From positions 3,454,706-3,518,705 of the forward strand of contig NW_003526944.1 of NCBI RefSeq assembly GCF_000181795.1: 64,000 nt of DNA, in the 5' to 3' direction. Each line of letters opens with the position of its first letter. Position 1 is the stretch's first letter. This DNA is from Trichinella spiralis (lineage: Eukaryota). Shown here piece after piece: positions 51,007 through 64,000 of this stretch. The translations under genes and the position numbers were made by a program. A model generated the notes under the pieces. The model was given only the letters and a program-made list of their open reading frames with translations, did not search any database and had not been told where the DNA came from.

Positions 51007-52581
51007 GTTCAGAGCTTAAGAAACATTGCCAATCCATAGCTTCCGAGCAGAAGCAATTTCACCAAATGCAGGTCATAGGAAACATGTTCTCAAATTCAAA
51101 AGGCAACACCCTCATTGTTGGGAAAAAAGAATATTTCATGAACAACAAACAAACAACTAGAAGAAGAAAATCAACGATAATCATCCGATGAACAACAGAA
51201 AATTGGGAACGTTTTGCAAAATAGAAGAAGAAGAACAGTGCATTGAAAATTGTTCAAACAATCGACAATACAAGCTACAATAAGAATTTAATTGAATTTT
51301 AATTTATCAAATAAATAAATAAATAAATAATGCAGTCTGTCCGTGTTCAGTTTATAACTTCAAATTCTGAATTTGAAAAGCAAAAATAAAAAGACTGATT
51401 CACTTTTATGACAACAATTTGCATTTGTACTAAATAAAATTTTGCTAACAACAACAACAACGCAATTCAGTTGAAAAGCATTAAATTTTGGGGATGTTTT
51501 CAAAATGAAAAATTTCTGCTGTATAATTTTTGCATAATTGAAATGTCGAATGAACAACACACTTGATACAAATAACTTATTATTACTACAAATCAAGTGA
51601 AATTTGAAATTGAAAATTGAATTTAAATTTCTACTAAAAAACAATTCATTTCAATATGAAAAAATTAATTAATTCAATCATACAATGGACAAGTGTAAAC
51701 TTCACGTGCTAGGTGATAGTAGAAATATTTTTCTTTTTGACATAAAGCTTACCAAAGCAAAATTATTACATCTCAAGTTCGCTTATCTAACTTTTTAAAT
51801 AATCTGTTCATTTGAAAAAAGAAAAGCCAACTAATCATTTCTACATTTCATCAGATGTTTAGAAGTATATAAATAAAAATGAAATCAATTTATGAAATGC
51901 TAAATTAACTATAATCTGAATGTTCAATCACAATCGATCGAATATTTGTTGCTTTGTATGACAATTCAATGGAACAATTATTTTTTAATACTGCTTTTCA
52001 AAAATTACAAAAGAAAAAAAACAATTTGACCCTGATAGCAAGGCAGTGTAGAGATGAATGAATTCAAATGATAAGCAACAATACTGTACATGCCCAGAAA
52101 TATTACAATATACATTTTTTTCTTGGTTAACATGGTTAAAAAACTAGCCCAACATGATAAGCAAGTGGGTTTTCAGATTGTTATATTTTTAAAATACTTA
52201 AATTTCTAAAATGTCGACCTTCAAAGATCAAAAGGAAATGCTTCTGCAGATAAAATAGTAAATTATTCAAAAATAACAACTCACTAGTTCAACTGGCAAT
52301 GAAAAATATATAAAAATTACCCAAATTATTTCTATATTTATCAAGTTGTGTCATTTTGATATTCAATCAAATAAATAAGAGATTTAATAAAATTAAAAAA
52401 ATATACAGTCAGCACTTACCATCAGGTTGCGCAGATGCGCTTCACGTAACTCCTGCCAAATTGACTTTTCACTCGAAGTTCCTTTTTGCCAATCTTCACT
52501 TTTCATACCATGTTCGAAAAAATCAAAATTTTCAGGAGTACCATAAGAATTGAAAAAGTATCCATTTTTTTCAGACGACAT
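48089..52581 (-). CDS. PH-domain plus divergent actin-fold fusion protein, ~741 aa, 11 exons
   Basis: Exons 52581-52420, 50912-50220, 50150-50032, 49963-49837, 49767-49653, 49511-49339, 49278-49086, 49014-48866, 48791-48691, 48633-48487, 48335-48089 join to 2226 nt in frame. PH: MVGYL...WQRRYM...LLWYK...PVGQITI...LDRWYEALR. Actin fold: VIEIGTCSTRAG, FFPSVV, VGEDA, ARQGSLAM, TGVFVDIG, ERFESAEMLFHP, NIFLVGGTSLLPGLQERI. Confidence 0.85.
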
Positions 52582-55500
52582 TTCCGTAAAATCCTTAAAT
52601 AAGAAAATTAAGAAGTTAATAATTTGAACAATTAGCCTCGAAAAAAAATATATATATTATTGCATATTATTGGATGAACCTTATTATTTCATGAAATGAT
52701 CATTTTAACCGTTTAAAATGAACAATGCATTTTTCAAGCTACTAAATAAGAAAAATTCAAAATTTAAAGCAAGAACAAAATATTTAAGGTTGAACATTGA
52801 CAAATCTGTCTACAGTTTGATTGCTGGCACCAAACAAATCACATACATACAAAGAGGAACAACTTATTTCATATCGGGTTGTCACAATCGTAAAACGAAG
52901 ATAATAAGCTCAACAAAATAAATGTATAAACATCACTGTGGTTAAAACTTTACTAGCAAATAAAAGGCAAATATATTATTCAGTAACACTTATCATGCCC
53001 ACGAATGACTAGCTTAGCAAACAAAGCCAGAGCTCAAGAACAAGAATTCAATTTTCTCCCGTCCGCAAAGTAAATCTGCTCGCTTTTCGTGAGTAAATAA
53101 AACGTCTGGGGAAAAGCGCCGCGCTCCACGACAGTCACCAGTGCGTGGATTCACAAAAAAGCGGATTATTAATCGAATTTAAATCTACTCTACAATACTG
53201 AAAGAAGTATTTGATATGCGGAATGCCAACTGCCAACGCTCAGTACAATAAAATGCACAACAGATTGATAAAAGCTGAGAAGAAAGAAGAAAAACGAAGA
53301 TATCAACAACAATACCTGATTAACGGAATACTGTATTTGATGCAACAATATCAGTTTTTGATTTCGTTAAACTGACCGACCGTCAGTTTAAAAAATACAA
53401 ACTGATTGGATTTTTCAAAGAAGAACAAAATTTATTCCAATTTTACTTGTTGTTTTAAAGTGGCCTTTAAACTTTGCTCTGAAACATTTCACATTAAAAG
53501 TGTCACTTTCACACTGGAAACGTACAAGTTTAAACTGAAACAAACGTCACTTGTTCAACTATTGAATCGAACTGATATGAAACATAACCGTGGCAAATTT
53601 ACCTTTGCTGAAAATACAAATGTGAATATTTAAATTGGAAAAAAATTTTAAAAAAAACTACCAACTTTGACAAGTGGAAAATGTTCAAATACACCATTCA
53701 AAAAGAGACAATTGAAATCAATGGGAAAGAAGTTTCCCATTCAGATGATTGAGCAAAAAGTTTTGCAATAAAAAAAGGTTTTTAGCATCATTTCAAATGT
53801 GATTGATTGTTGTTCGTAAAGTGAAATCATGATACACTTATTTGGTTACTGTAAAAAAATATTTGCATAATAGCAATTGAAAAAAAAGAAGATTAAAAAT
53901 TTCCGTGTGAACTTTGAATGCGTGGAATTTTGACAAAAGAAGAAGAAGAAGAAGAAGAAGCAATTAATCACCTACGAATGAAGAGTAATAGCATTGGAGT
54001 TGAAAGCTGCTCAAGTACCTCTCGCCACTACCACCAGCGGCGCATCAATGACCCTAATCGGAGTGTAATTGATTTGTGTAAAGTTTGTCATGATGCTCAA
54101 CAGTGAATACTGGTTGTTGGCAAAGAGTGCACACTTGTCATATTATAGTGTCCATTAGTCGAAGGTCGAATAGACGGCAAAGCTAATTTGTTCACCTTTG
54201 TGTCATTTTCAGTCAAAGAATGGAAAATATGAAAAATTTATAGCAAATTTTAATATTTCTATGAAAACAATTTGAATTTCGACGATGAAAAATTGACAAG
54301 TGACAAATGGAAACTTTACACAACTGTTGTTCGATCATAAAATGGTGACAAAGAAAAGTGAAGAAGAGAAAAAGTGTTCCCCATAGCCACAATAACAAAA
54401 AAACATTGTCCATAGAATAATAAGAAGAAGAAGCAGAAAAATATTGAATGGGGCGTGGACAATAATTGAACGCGTAAATTGAATCGACAACGCTTGCCAA
54501 AAATATTCGGCCTCTTCTATTCAAGAGATGACACTGATACACGCCCCTGCTTCATTTTCCGAACGGTTAACTTTGCAAAAGGGAAAAACTACCGTGACGC
54601 CGCCTACAGCTTTTCAACGGCATCATTGATGCTTGTACAAAATGTCGAACTAATAAGCAAATCCAAACAGCCAACTATTTTCAACCACGAGACCAAGAAA
54701 TACATACAATAAAGAAAATTTATCTTGTCATTGTGGAATAATTTTTGACAACAACAACACAATACATGAAAATGCAAGTCGAAATTCTTACAGAAAAATA
54801 ATCAAATCGAACTTGTGAGACAAAAATTAATTAGCGGCTTATTTTCTCGTCACAAGCAGAGGTGGGAGAAATTTTTTTCCCATATCCCAACGTGGTTGTA
54901 AAATTTCCTGAGCTGAAAGTGTTGAAAAATCTCCATGTCGATTCCAGCCCCCTCAACACGAACGGATTATACAGTTGAAATATAATTTGTACATGAACAT
55001 CTCTATTTTTTAATTATCAATATTAACAACTGGTAGTAATTTTTGGCTCTGATCAAAGAGAGAAAAAAGCAGAACTGTCGTCATTGTCACAAAATTGTCT
55101 TCGAAAATGGATTCACACAAGCCAGTTTGAAAACTAACCAATTAGCCAGCTAATTCAAGCCACAAAAATTTAATTTTTTTTCTTTATTGATTAAAAATAA
55201 TAATAATAACAGAAAATAAAGGACATTACCTCTTCGATTGAGAAATTTAAGCTTACAAATCGACAGTTTGTAAATAAATGTTGGCGGTCGAATGTCCAGT
55301 CGACAGAAGAACGTACAAACCGACCTGCGTGCACGTTTCCACTGTTGATCCTGAACGTAAATTGGCTTTTGCTGTACTGTAGCTCTCCACCTTTACGACC
55401 GTAGCTCCAGCACAGTCGGCTGCAGCCAGTGCAAACACTTTAAAAGCGAACTGTGGTGGCGCCTCGAGCGCTAAACAAACCACGTCTCAAAGTACCTCAA

Positions 55501-56909
55501 GCAGCCAAACGAATCGAATGATTACTTTTATTGATCAACAGTGACAAAAATAAATTCATGCAAATTTCATTTTCTTTTTCCATCTTCCTCTGCAAAATTA
55601 CAATTTTGTAACATTTGTACAAATTTGCAAAAAAAACGATATTATTGTACTAAAGATGACAAATAACGACTCTTTTGAAACAACTTACAACAGAACTGAT
55701 TAAAAAATAACATTAGAAAAAAAATATATATTTAAATTGTTCAATTATAACTTTACTTGCTCAAAAAGCTTGACAATTGAATACCAAATCACCTCCAAAA
55801 TGGTTATTCGTTGAACCTGTTTCGCTGTTAAATGACACATACACACATACACATTCACTATTTCCAATCATGTGCTGTACTGTCAACTTCAAATTTAATT
55901 AAAAAATTATGCTATAACCATTTAACTTCTGAATATTTACACACTAAATTAAACCTGTTTTTATAAATTAAAAAACATGAATTGAAAATTTACAAATTTA
56001 TTCCATTTTTTTGGCAAATTCATTTCAAAAAATTTACAACACATTTCATCGTACACATTACAAAAATATTCCATTTTCTTCATCATAGTAAATTTTTTTC
56101 AATTATTAATCTGAAATTGTACAATTTATCCAACTAGAGCAGGTTGTATAAATTATAAGTTCTTTCGGAATGTTTTCGCATTAACATTTGAACCTGACAA
56201 TCTGTAACATGGTACAGCATTTCAAGTACTACATTTATTTTACATTTTAATTAATGGTGATAAAGCTGACTTTAATTGAAATTTCAATTATATACTTAAT
56301 TTTTCATGGAATCAAAAACTAAAACTTACATCTACTACCAAATTTCACATTCAAAACGTAATGGATGCAATTTCATTTGCAACGCGCTGCGATGCTAATT
56401 CGTTTCAGGGACGACGTTAGGTTAATAATTAAAATTGAATTTCTACTAAACTACTCTATATTATACAATAATTGAACTAAGAACAAAATTTACTGCACCA
56501 ATGAAATAACGCAAACCCTTCGGGAAATATCTACTTAGTGTGTAGTAAATTAGATTACCTCAATTTAAGGATAAGCAAATAAAAGTAACAGTTCAAGCAG
56601 AATATATCTAATTCAAAAATTCTGCCCTTCAATGTTCATTTATCCTGTTTCTGCATCGAATACCTTTTATCAGAAAAGCTATTAGCTATTGAACAGTATA
56701 TAACCCAAACTAACAGAAATCACTTTTACATCGCATTTCAACAAAATTTTAATTAACAACTATATACTCAAACATTGAAAGAGATCCTTTCTGCTTGAAA
56801 AACAAAAATTCAAGCTATTAGAGTAAACAGAACATCTATCACACATCAATACATAACATGGAAGCAAAAACAAATGCATCACAAACGTACTACAATTTTC
56901 ACAAAACAA

Positions 56910-58161
56910 TCAACGCTCTTTCTTCGATTCATCAGTTACACCAATTTCAGTATTCCTAAAATTATCGCTTTCATCACAACATTTTTCAAATGCTTCACTT
57001 TCTTGATTTTTGACTGCGGCAGGATTTTTCGAATTTTGCATTTTCAAGTAATCAGTTGAAAAAGATTCAAATTGAGCCAGAGCTTTTTCTAAATCTTTTA
57101 AAACCAGCATTTCTTCATTGTCCGAACAATATTCATCATTGCAATTTTCTTCTGAATTCAAAACATGCCTGGTAGCCGTAGCTGTCAGTTTTTCCAAATT
57201 TTGCAGAGTATCCTAAAAATAAATTATATAATACTTTTACAATAGCCTCAAATATGTACTTGAGCCAACACTTGAATATCTTCCTTCAACTCGGTTTTCG
57301 TATCACCATTGGCTTCCAAACATTTCAGTATTGTCTGCATTGTGGTCTCGGTTTCCAACAAACGCTGATGTAAATTTTTCAATTGAGCATCACCTTAAAT
57401 AAAACACATTTAAATTTACATCAAAAATGCAACTAATAAGTTCGTGAAAATTTACTTAAATCACGCAATCCAAAAGGAGGAGCACCGTTTCGTTTTCGCC
57501 AATTTCTACCACTACGCTCGTTAATGCCGTCAGAAGTTCTTAACATCTTAACATTGAAAGCTTTTTCAATGAAGCTTTAAAAATAATATAAGCAAAACAA
57601 CTTTCGCACTTACTTTACTCAACGTGTAAATCAGAAAGGCAATCACTCCAATAGTATAAAATGGTAATAGAGAATACCAAAAACTTTTCTCTCTACCTCG
57701 GGCCTGCATGTGGTCGCCCATATGAGGAGGCATCGGTCCAGGCTGTGCCTAATAAACAAATAATTATAAAACAATTTCATGCAGCTATAAATTAACTGCA
57801 ATAAGGCATATTCATATAAATGAAGCAAACTGAGAATGAAAAAAAATAAATACTCGAAAATCAGATTTATCACGGCCTCGGTGTATGTGCGGAAATTTCC
57901 CGCGCTCATTCGGTGGTGGAATACTATCTAAATATTAATTAAATAATTCCAATTTGAATCAATTTGAAAATCAAACACCATAACTGTGAACTTACCTACC
58001 TTCGATGGAGGTTTGCTCCAGCCTAGCATATAACAAATAGTGGGATGCACTACCTTTGGGTAAACAATCGCAAAACATCCAACAACAACAGCAATTGCAA
58101 GCACTGCTTTCTGCGGAGGTGTTAAAGAAAACAAAGTCTTCCTCGGCTCGTCTGTTCCCAT
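56910..58161 (-). CDS. ric-3: RIC-3 nicotinic acetylcholine receptor chaperone, ~6 exons
   Basis: TM1 VLAIAVVVGCFAIVYPKVVHP, proline-rich spacer, TM2 LLPFYTIGVIAFLIYTLSK, coiled coil QLKNLHQRLLETETTMQTIL, acidic tail ending KKER*. Confidence 0.92.
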
Positions 58162-59682
58162 GGTCAATTCAAGACTGGCAAAACCCACACCTGAAAAACA
58201 AAGTAATTGCACAATAAAAACAATGCAATTCTGAAGTCAGATCAATCAAAACATGTTACGTTAACCGATTAATGCATAACATGCATACACAGAGGAAAAT
58301 TCAATAGAATCTGACACATAAAAACACAGTATGAAAGTAAAGAAAAAGCAAGTGCACTTCAATAAGCGACTTACAGTATAATATTTAATGAAACAAATCG
58401 CCATACCTTTTATAATACATGTTTTTGAAAATTTTTAATTAATAATGTTAATATGCTAAAATATAAAAGCAGTTCAATCCTTGTTTTCTTTAAAAAATTC
58501 TTTGCGACGTTTATAATTTGTAACTTCGTATTTTCTTTATTTTGCTATCGATTTCTTGACGCATAAATTTTATTTTATTCTGTAATTGATTTAAAGTACT
58601 GCTCATTTGTTTCCCTCACATACGACTACCTACTACTGGCTTATTATCTATTTTCAGGATTTCATTAGCTAATAATTCACACTGCAATCTTACGTTTCAT
58701 AGATCGTAAAAATTGACTTTTAAAGTTACCTTTCTAATAATTATAAATTAATATCAGTTGAAAAACATTGTAGCTATCTACTTCTGTCTATTTTCACTGT
58801 TTTTAAATTTTATCTTCCTTCTACTGAAAGTGATTACGAGAGTTCCTCCTTCGATTGGACAAGGAAGTTTCATTATGCTCACTTAAAATCAAAAGAAATT
58901 GCCCTTCAAAAGTAAAACTGATAGCATTAAATGTATCGTACGTAGATAAAGACCAGTCGCTCCCCAAACCCTCAACAGTTTCCTATTTGAAATGGCTCTT
59001 TCAGAAACAGCTACCAATCAAATAAATAATTTTAAAAACATCGTTTCTCTTAAATAAAACTCAAATGTAAAATTTGTTTATTCAAAAGTAAAATAACAAT
59101 TGCATTGCATTCTGATGTATCCTTCGTTGTTTCAGAAATTTTTCAAGGAACTTTTTATCCAAAATTATTTCATTGGGAATCTGATATCATAAATCAGATA
59201 TTTATAATAGAACCTGAAAACAATGAAATTTCATAAGAATTCAGACACGCTTGATAAGTTTTTTTAAACTTCATTTTAAATTAAATAAACTCATTTAATT
59301 TTGCATAATAAAAGCTGACTTCTGAAACTGCACTACTTAAGCCAAAAGGACTAAAGCAAAATTTTACAGAGATTTCTAAAATGTTCACACCCCGAAAGGT
59401 TAGTCCAGAATTAGCAATAAAATGAAAATTTCATATCATTATCAGAATTAAAAAAACTTAAATATACATTTTTCTGGAAAATATGCAACAATTTGTGCTA
59501 TGTAGCAAGAGAAAAAATGCATTGTACTTTAAATGTTTTTTATATTGCACACAAACAAAACAATAATTTATGCATGTCACAAGTCACATTACTAATAAAA
59601 AATTCGTTTACCATAATTTAAATAAATAACCGATATATATTATAATTATTTAAATGCCACAGCTAAAAAAAGNNNNNNNNNN

Positions 59683-60567
59683 TTTTGAGGTAGTTAGAGA
59701 TTGGCAGCTTCCCTATGTATTAAGATAGGCGCAGTGCGCTAATTAAATAGCCATTTATTCGAAAACTACGCGACAGTTTCATGCTGATGCTGCATAGCAC
59801 TATTCTTCATCATTTCGAATAATTTCTATTAAAGAAGAAGAAGAAGTTTCGAAAAAAATTTTTTGGAGATTTTTCACAAAACAATGAACTAAGAAATATG
59901 CAATATTAGTACCATTGAAAAGAAAAGAAATGAAATATACAATTAAATAAATATGCAAGATAAATGAATTTGCAAAGATTTATTGCCAATGTTCAAATAA
60001 TCGAGCGAACAGAAGTATCTCCTTCAAACAAAATTTGTTCCTGACTTTCGTTTTTTATTACAGTATGCTTAAAATTTCAAATTTTTTTAAGCGTAATTTC
60101 TTTGTTTGACTACTCTTCTCAAATAGATATTAGCGAAAATTATGACAGGAGAATGCAATTCTGACGCAATATTCACTTCCTCTCTTCTATAAATGTTAAA
60201 TTTTCTTGGCAGCTTAGCTAATTCATTGTATCTATAAGTTCACTTGTGATGGATTGTTAATTAATTTATTTGTATTGCATTTCCAATTAAGGCTTACGCA
60301 AACTATTCCATTTTCAATGCATTTTCATAAGCGGTATGCCAGGAGTGTTGGAAAGCGAGAATATACTCAAAGAACCATACTTTTCATATCATTGCTAAGC
60401 TGATTGATCAATAAAGATGATATAAAAGGCATAGTAATGCCTGAAATGATGAAAAGGCATAGTAATGCCTGAAATGATAGTTTTTAACAAATAAAAGATA
60501 TGAAAAGCATATAATAGGACAATCAGGTATTTTTCAAAGTGAAAGCAAAATATCGTTGGAAATTCTT
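59683..60567 (-). repeat. Near-identical inverted copy of 10462-11346 (gap-bounded mini-contig, probable haplotig)
   Basis: The whole contig between two 10-N gaps is the reverse complement of 10462-11346, with at least one substitution. Confidence 0.95.
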
Positions 60568-61018
60568 NNNNNNNNNNAAAATTTTGTTCAATCCAAACAA
60601 GCCAATAAAAGATGCTTCATTTTGCTACCGAGGTGCTATCATTTGAATTTTCTTCTTCTCTCCCAATTAGCACTGCAGAGCAAAGTAAAATGCAAACGTA
60701 AAAATATTGAAACAAAGGAAATGAAAAAGCCAAAAAATTAATAAAATCACCATAAGCATTTTGATTTCAAATTCGCATTCAGCTGACAAAGAGAACTTGG
60801 CATGACAATTAATTAATAACCGACATTGCAGTTGCCAAGAGACTTTTAGCCCATCAGGGGGCATTTAGCCCACTCTCCCCCTCCCGTTGTGAAAGAATGG
60901 CCAAAGACAAACGTGCGATAATTGGTCTAGTTGGACAACTGTTTCTTGAAAAGAATACAGACACTTTGAAACTATCTTACTTACATCGACCACTAATTTT
61001 GGTACCTTCTCAAACACC

Positions 61019-62571
61019 ATGCAACAACAGCAACATATGAAAAGTAGGTTTCAAAGAAAATTTTTTTTATTTTAAAACGGCTTTCCAGCTTTATTTTTTA
61101 AAATAATTTTAATTTGTAAACTGGCTAAAGAGAAAAAATTGAGAGAAGAGCCTTTCAAAAGAATTTCTATACATGCACTAATATCGCTGATTTTGAAACA
61201 TGCGGACAAGATAAAAAGCGAAGCACAAACAACAGCAGTTGATGACAATGTTGAAAATGGAAAACTTTTGAGTAAGTGAAATTGTCGTTTATATTCATTT
61301 TTGGAAATATATTTCCAATAAAATGAAAAAAAATCATTCCTTAAAAATTGCTGAAAACAATAAATCAATTGTAGCGGATGGAAATTTCAAAAAAGCCAAC
61401 AACAGCAACAACACTGGGACAGAACAATGCAGTGCAGTTGCACATCGCTCAACATTAATCGAGTAAGAATGATGCAAAATAATTAGCCAACTCATAATAA
61501 CATTCAAAAGTAGAAACTTGTAATCAGTATTATTCACTAAATTGCTTCAGACTTATCAATGGAATTGGTGAAGCGGATGATTGGAATAATAAGCAAAATT
61601 CCCCAACGCACAACTGGAATAAAAGGCATTTTTGCCAGGATAAAAGATGCGCATTGAAGCAAAAAACAGAATTCGCTTTTTTACTTGTAGATGTACGCCC
61701 GGAAAGTCAATTCTTCAAGTACAGAATCAAAGGCGGTAAATTTGTGAAATGCATTTTTAATATATTGAATAAAATGGACCATACATTTTGAACAAATATA
61801 CAAATAGAAAACAATACCTGAATTGAAACAGAATTTAATAAACGCAGCAGCTTAAATTTAATAAACCTTCTTTCTATGCACAGCGATCTCGTTTCCGTAC
61901 ACAAATCTGTGCAAAGGTTTCACATCTGAGCCGGCGGAAATGCTAGCCATGAAAAATCAATCCGGCAAAATGATCATCTGCTATGACAACGACGAACGTC
62001 TGGCTAAACGCGTGGCAACGATGCTAGTCCAAAGAGATTACGAAAATGTTTACCTGCTTTCCGGTGGTGAGAAGTTGAATAGCTTAATTTGCAGAAAAAA
62101 AATATTATTTTTTTTCATTTAAATATTTTCATATCAGGACTTTGTCAAGCGTTGAAGCTGTATCCGAATGGTCTGATTGCCGGATGCGTGCCCAATCAGC
62201 TTGGTAAGAAAGCACAACATCTCGCGTCCACGTTGCATGCAAACTTCTTGCACGAGCAGTGCACAGAAATGTTTCGGTAAATTTCCATCCGTTCTTCCCA
62301 TATCTATCGATTTTTCGTATTTATCAACCGTTTGCACTTTTTTTGCAGCAATTGCAAGCTTCGAGATTATTTCATCACTGTGGAATTTTCTTCTGATGAT
62401 CTGCAACAACTATCCAATCAGATGATGGAAAATCAAAAAGCTAAAGAAAAGAAAATCAGTATTTGCAAACTTGTTGTTGATCCACCAATTTTATATCCAG
62501 CAATTCTTTCTTATTCAGGTACTTATAAATATTGCAACAAATGTAAGCAGAACACTGGGGAAAATCAATGA
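61019..62571 (+). CDS. CEP41: Second copy/allele of CEP41 homologue
   Basis: Same exons as 45263-46814 with few substitutions. Confidence 0.8.
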
Positions 62572-63846
62572 AATTGAAACACAGATAAAAAAGAAACGAA
62601 ACGAAAACTTACAGAACCAAACAAATCACTATTGCATAAAGTATATGCTTAAAAGAAATTGCTTTCAATGTTTGTGAAATATGGTGAATTAATTGAAAGT
62701 GCAATAAAACTGTTACATCTGATTTGCATACTTCAATTATTTATATGTACGCTTTGTTGAACTGTTGTTATTCTCGAATGGGGCGACAATTTTCTGAGAT
62801 TGCAAGCAAGATGTTGTGCGCATTGCTTGTTCCATTTAGCAGGAAATCTAACCATACACACACACAACAAATAACAAGAAGAGCAACAACAACAAAGTAA
62901 TAAAAATATGTATCTATCGTATGCTTCATCGCAGATTTAACAACGATGTCAGTTTATGGATTTTTAGAATAAAATTTTCAATCTTTTCAAAATTGAAAAC
63001 TTCTTCCAATAAAGTTGTATGCAGTAATTCAATTTAAATACAAGTCAACTTTTTGCATAAATAAACGCTAGTGGATCGCGTATTGCGAATAATTAATTGT
63101 CTGCAAAATAAATAAAAGCCGCTGCTGCTTACATTTGAAACTTTTTGAAAAGTTTAAAATGCAATTTCTTCATAAATGTCATTCTAAATCAGTATCACTG
63201 GATGCAATTATTGATAGGAAAGAAAAATTGCTGCTAGTCAAATTCAATAAGTGCTTCAATATGAAGACATGGACCAATAAGAGCAAATTAGCATAAACAA
63301 CACCTGAAAGTCTCACAAAATGGTGGTCCTAGGGTGGTCAGAAATCTGCAACTCTGCCAGCATACAACTACTGACAGAACTGATGATGCCAGAGCTATGA
63401 ATAATAGAAAAAAACCAACTGGAAAGATTTCAGAAAACTGCGTCTGAAATGACCACACGCAGAAGCCTTGAAGAGAAAAATCAAACCAGCAACAACAACT
63501 ATATCAACAGAATGGTAGCAGTTGAACAATTGATTAAAATTTATTAATAGCTTACGAGAAAAAAAAGCCTACTTATCGAGAGTCGTTGATGAAAACAACT
63601 GCAGGCTATTAGAGCATTAGCTTTCAGCTCTAGTGCTCAACTTGCAATATTTGGATAAAGGTGGGTGTGGTTGATAGCAATTTTTTCATACAAAATCTAC
63701 CAACAGGAAATTTTCATAAAACGTTATGTTGTGAATCAAACGAAAAAGTGTAAATAAAAATTATTTTTATTTGTAAAATTATATAAAATGAACAAAAAGA
63801 AACGGTTAAAAATTGTAAATGATAATTTTTATATACGGTGAAAGTA

Positions 63847-64000
63847 TTAGAGATGGGAATCGAATTCACTTGCGGTGAGGGCAAATTTTTCAAAACTGTC
63901 CTTCTTGATTGTGAACTGCTCAATGGCGGATGAGTCGGCCAAAATTTTGGCACCAATAAACGAAGCGTGATAACGGAATGGAGCCGCGTGCACTTCGACT
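63847..64000 (-). CDS. Partial last exon of the second copy/allele of the PH-actin gene
   Basis: Matches 48089-48242 (…EVHAAPFRYHASFIGAKILADSS…DSHL*). Confidence 0.8.
   Translation of the reverse strand, partial: VEVHAAPFRYHASFIGAKILADSSAIEQFTIKKDSFEKFALTASEFDSHL

Larger units (their letters stand above)
60578..64000 (+). repeat. Direct near-identical copy of ~44826-48242 (probable second haplotype)
   Basis: Collinear with scattered SNPs and small indels (e.g. ~63190); starts at a gap. Confidence 0.95.

Noticed and set aside
34845..52581. unc-34, CEP41 and PH-actin as a cytoskeletal gene cluster
   Set aside because: unc-34 is on a different contig across a probably mis-ordered gap; no evidence of co-regulation.
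55253..55483. 76-aa minus-strand ORF
   Set aside because: Non-ATG start and no recognisable homology; more likely a non-coding first exon (donor near 55229) or promoter of the PH-actin gene, unproven.
58790..59420. Exon-like minus-strand segments upstream of ric-3
   Set aside because: Could not assemble a consistent spliced frame or recognise a protein.

Overview
Eukaryotic, AT-rich, intron-containing draft scaffold with 8 N-gaps. It is nematode DNA (nematode-type transthyretin-like genes, short GT-AG introns); a clade I parasite such as Trichinella is my inference, not something the sequence proves. The left part (1-18 kb) is repeat/relic-rich: a complete, very young Ty1/copia LTR retrotransposon (2974-7428) with a half-tRNA-iMet primer site, a diverged ~510-bp tandem repeat with a conserved and possibly structured core, a decayed hAT transposase, and remnants of an unidentified gene family. 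The right part holds spliced genes that I assembled by hand: a partial small secreted protein, a KLF5-like zinc-finger factor, RNase T2, Ena/VASP (unc-34), a convergent pair of transthyretin-like genes, CEP41, an ~741-aa protein fusing a PH domain to a divergent actin fold that lacks the D-loop, and RIC-3. Three segments (40319-41071, 59683-60567, 60578-64000) are near-identical copies of other parts of the window and abut gaps, so they are probably contig overlaps or haplotypes. The best leads are the PH-actin fusion gene and the conserved-core tandem repeat. Exon coordinates were read by eye and need RNA-seq confirmation.
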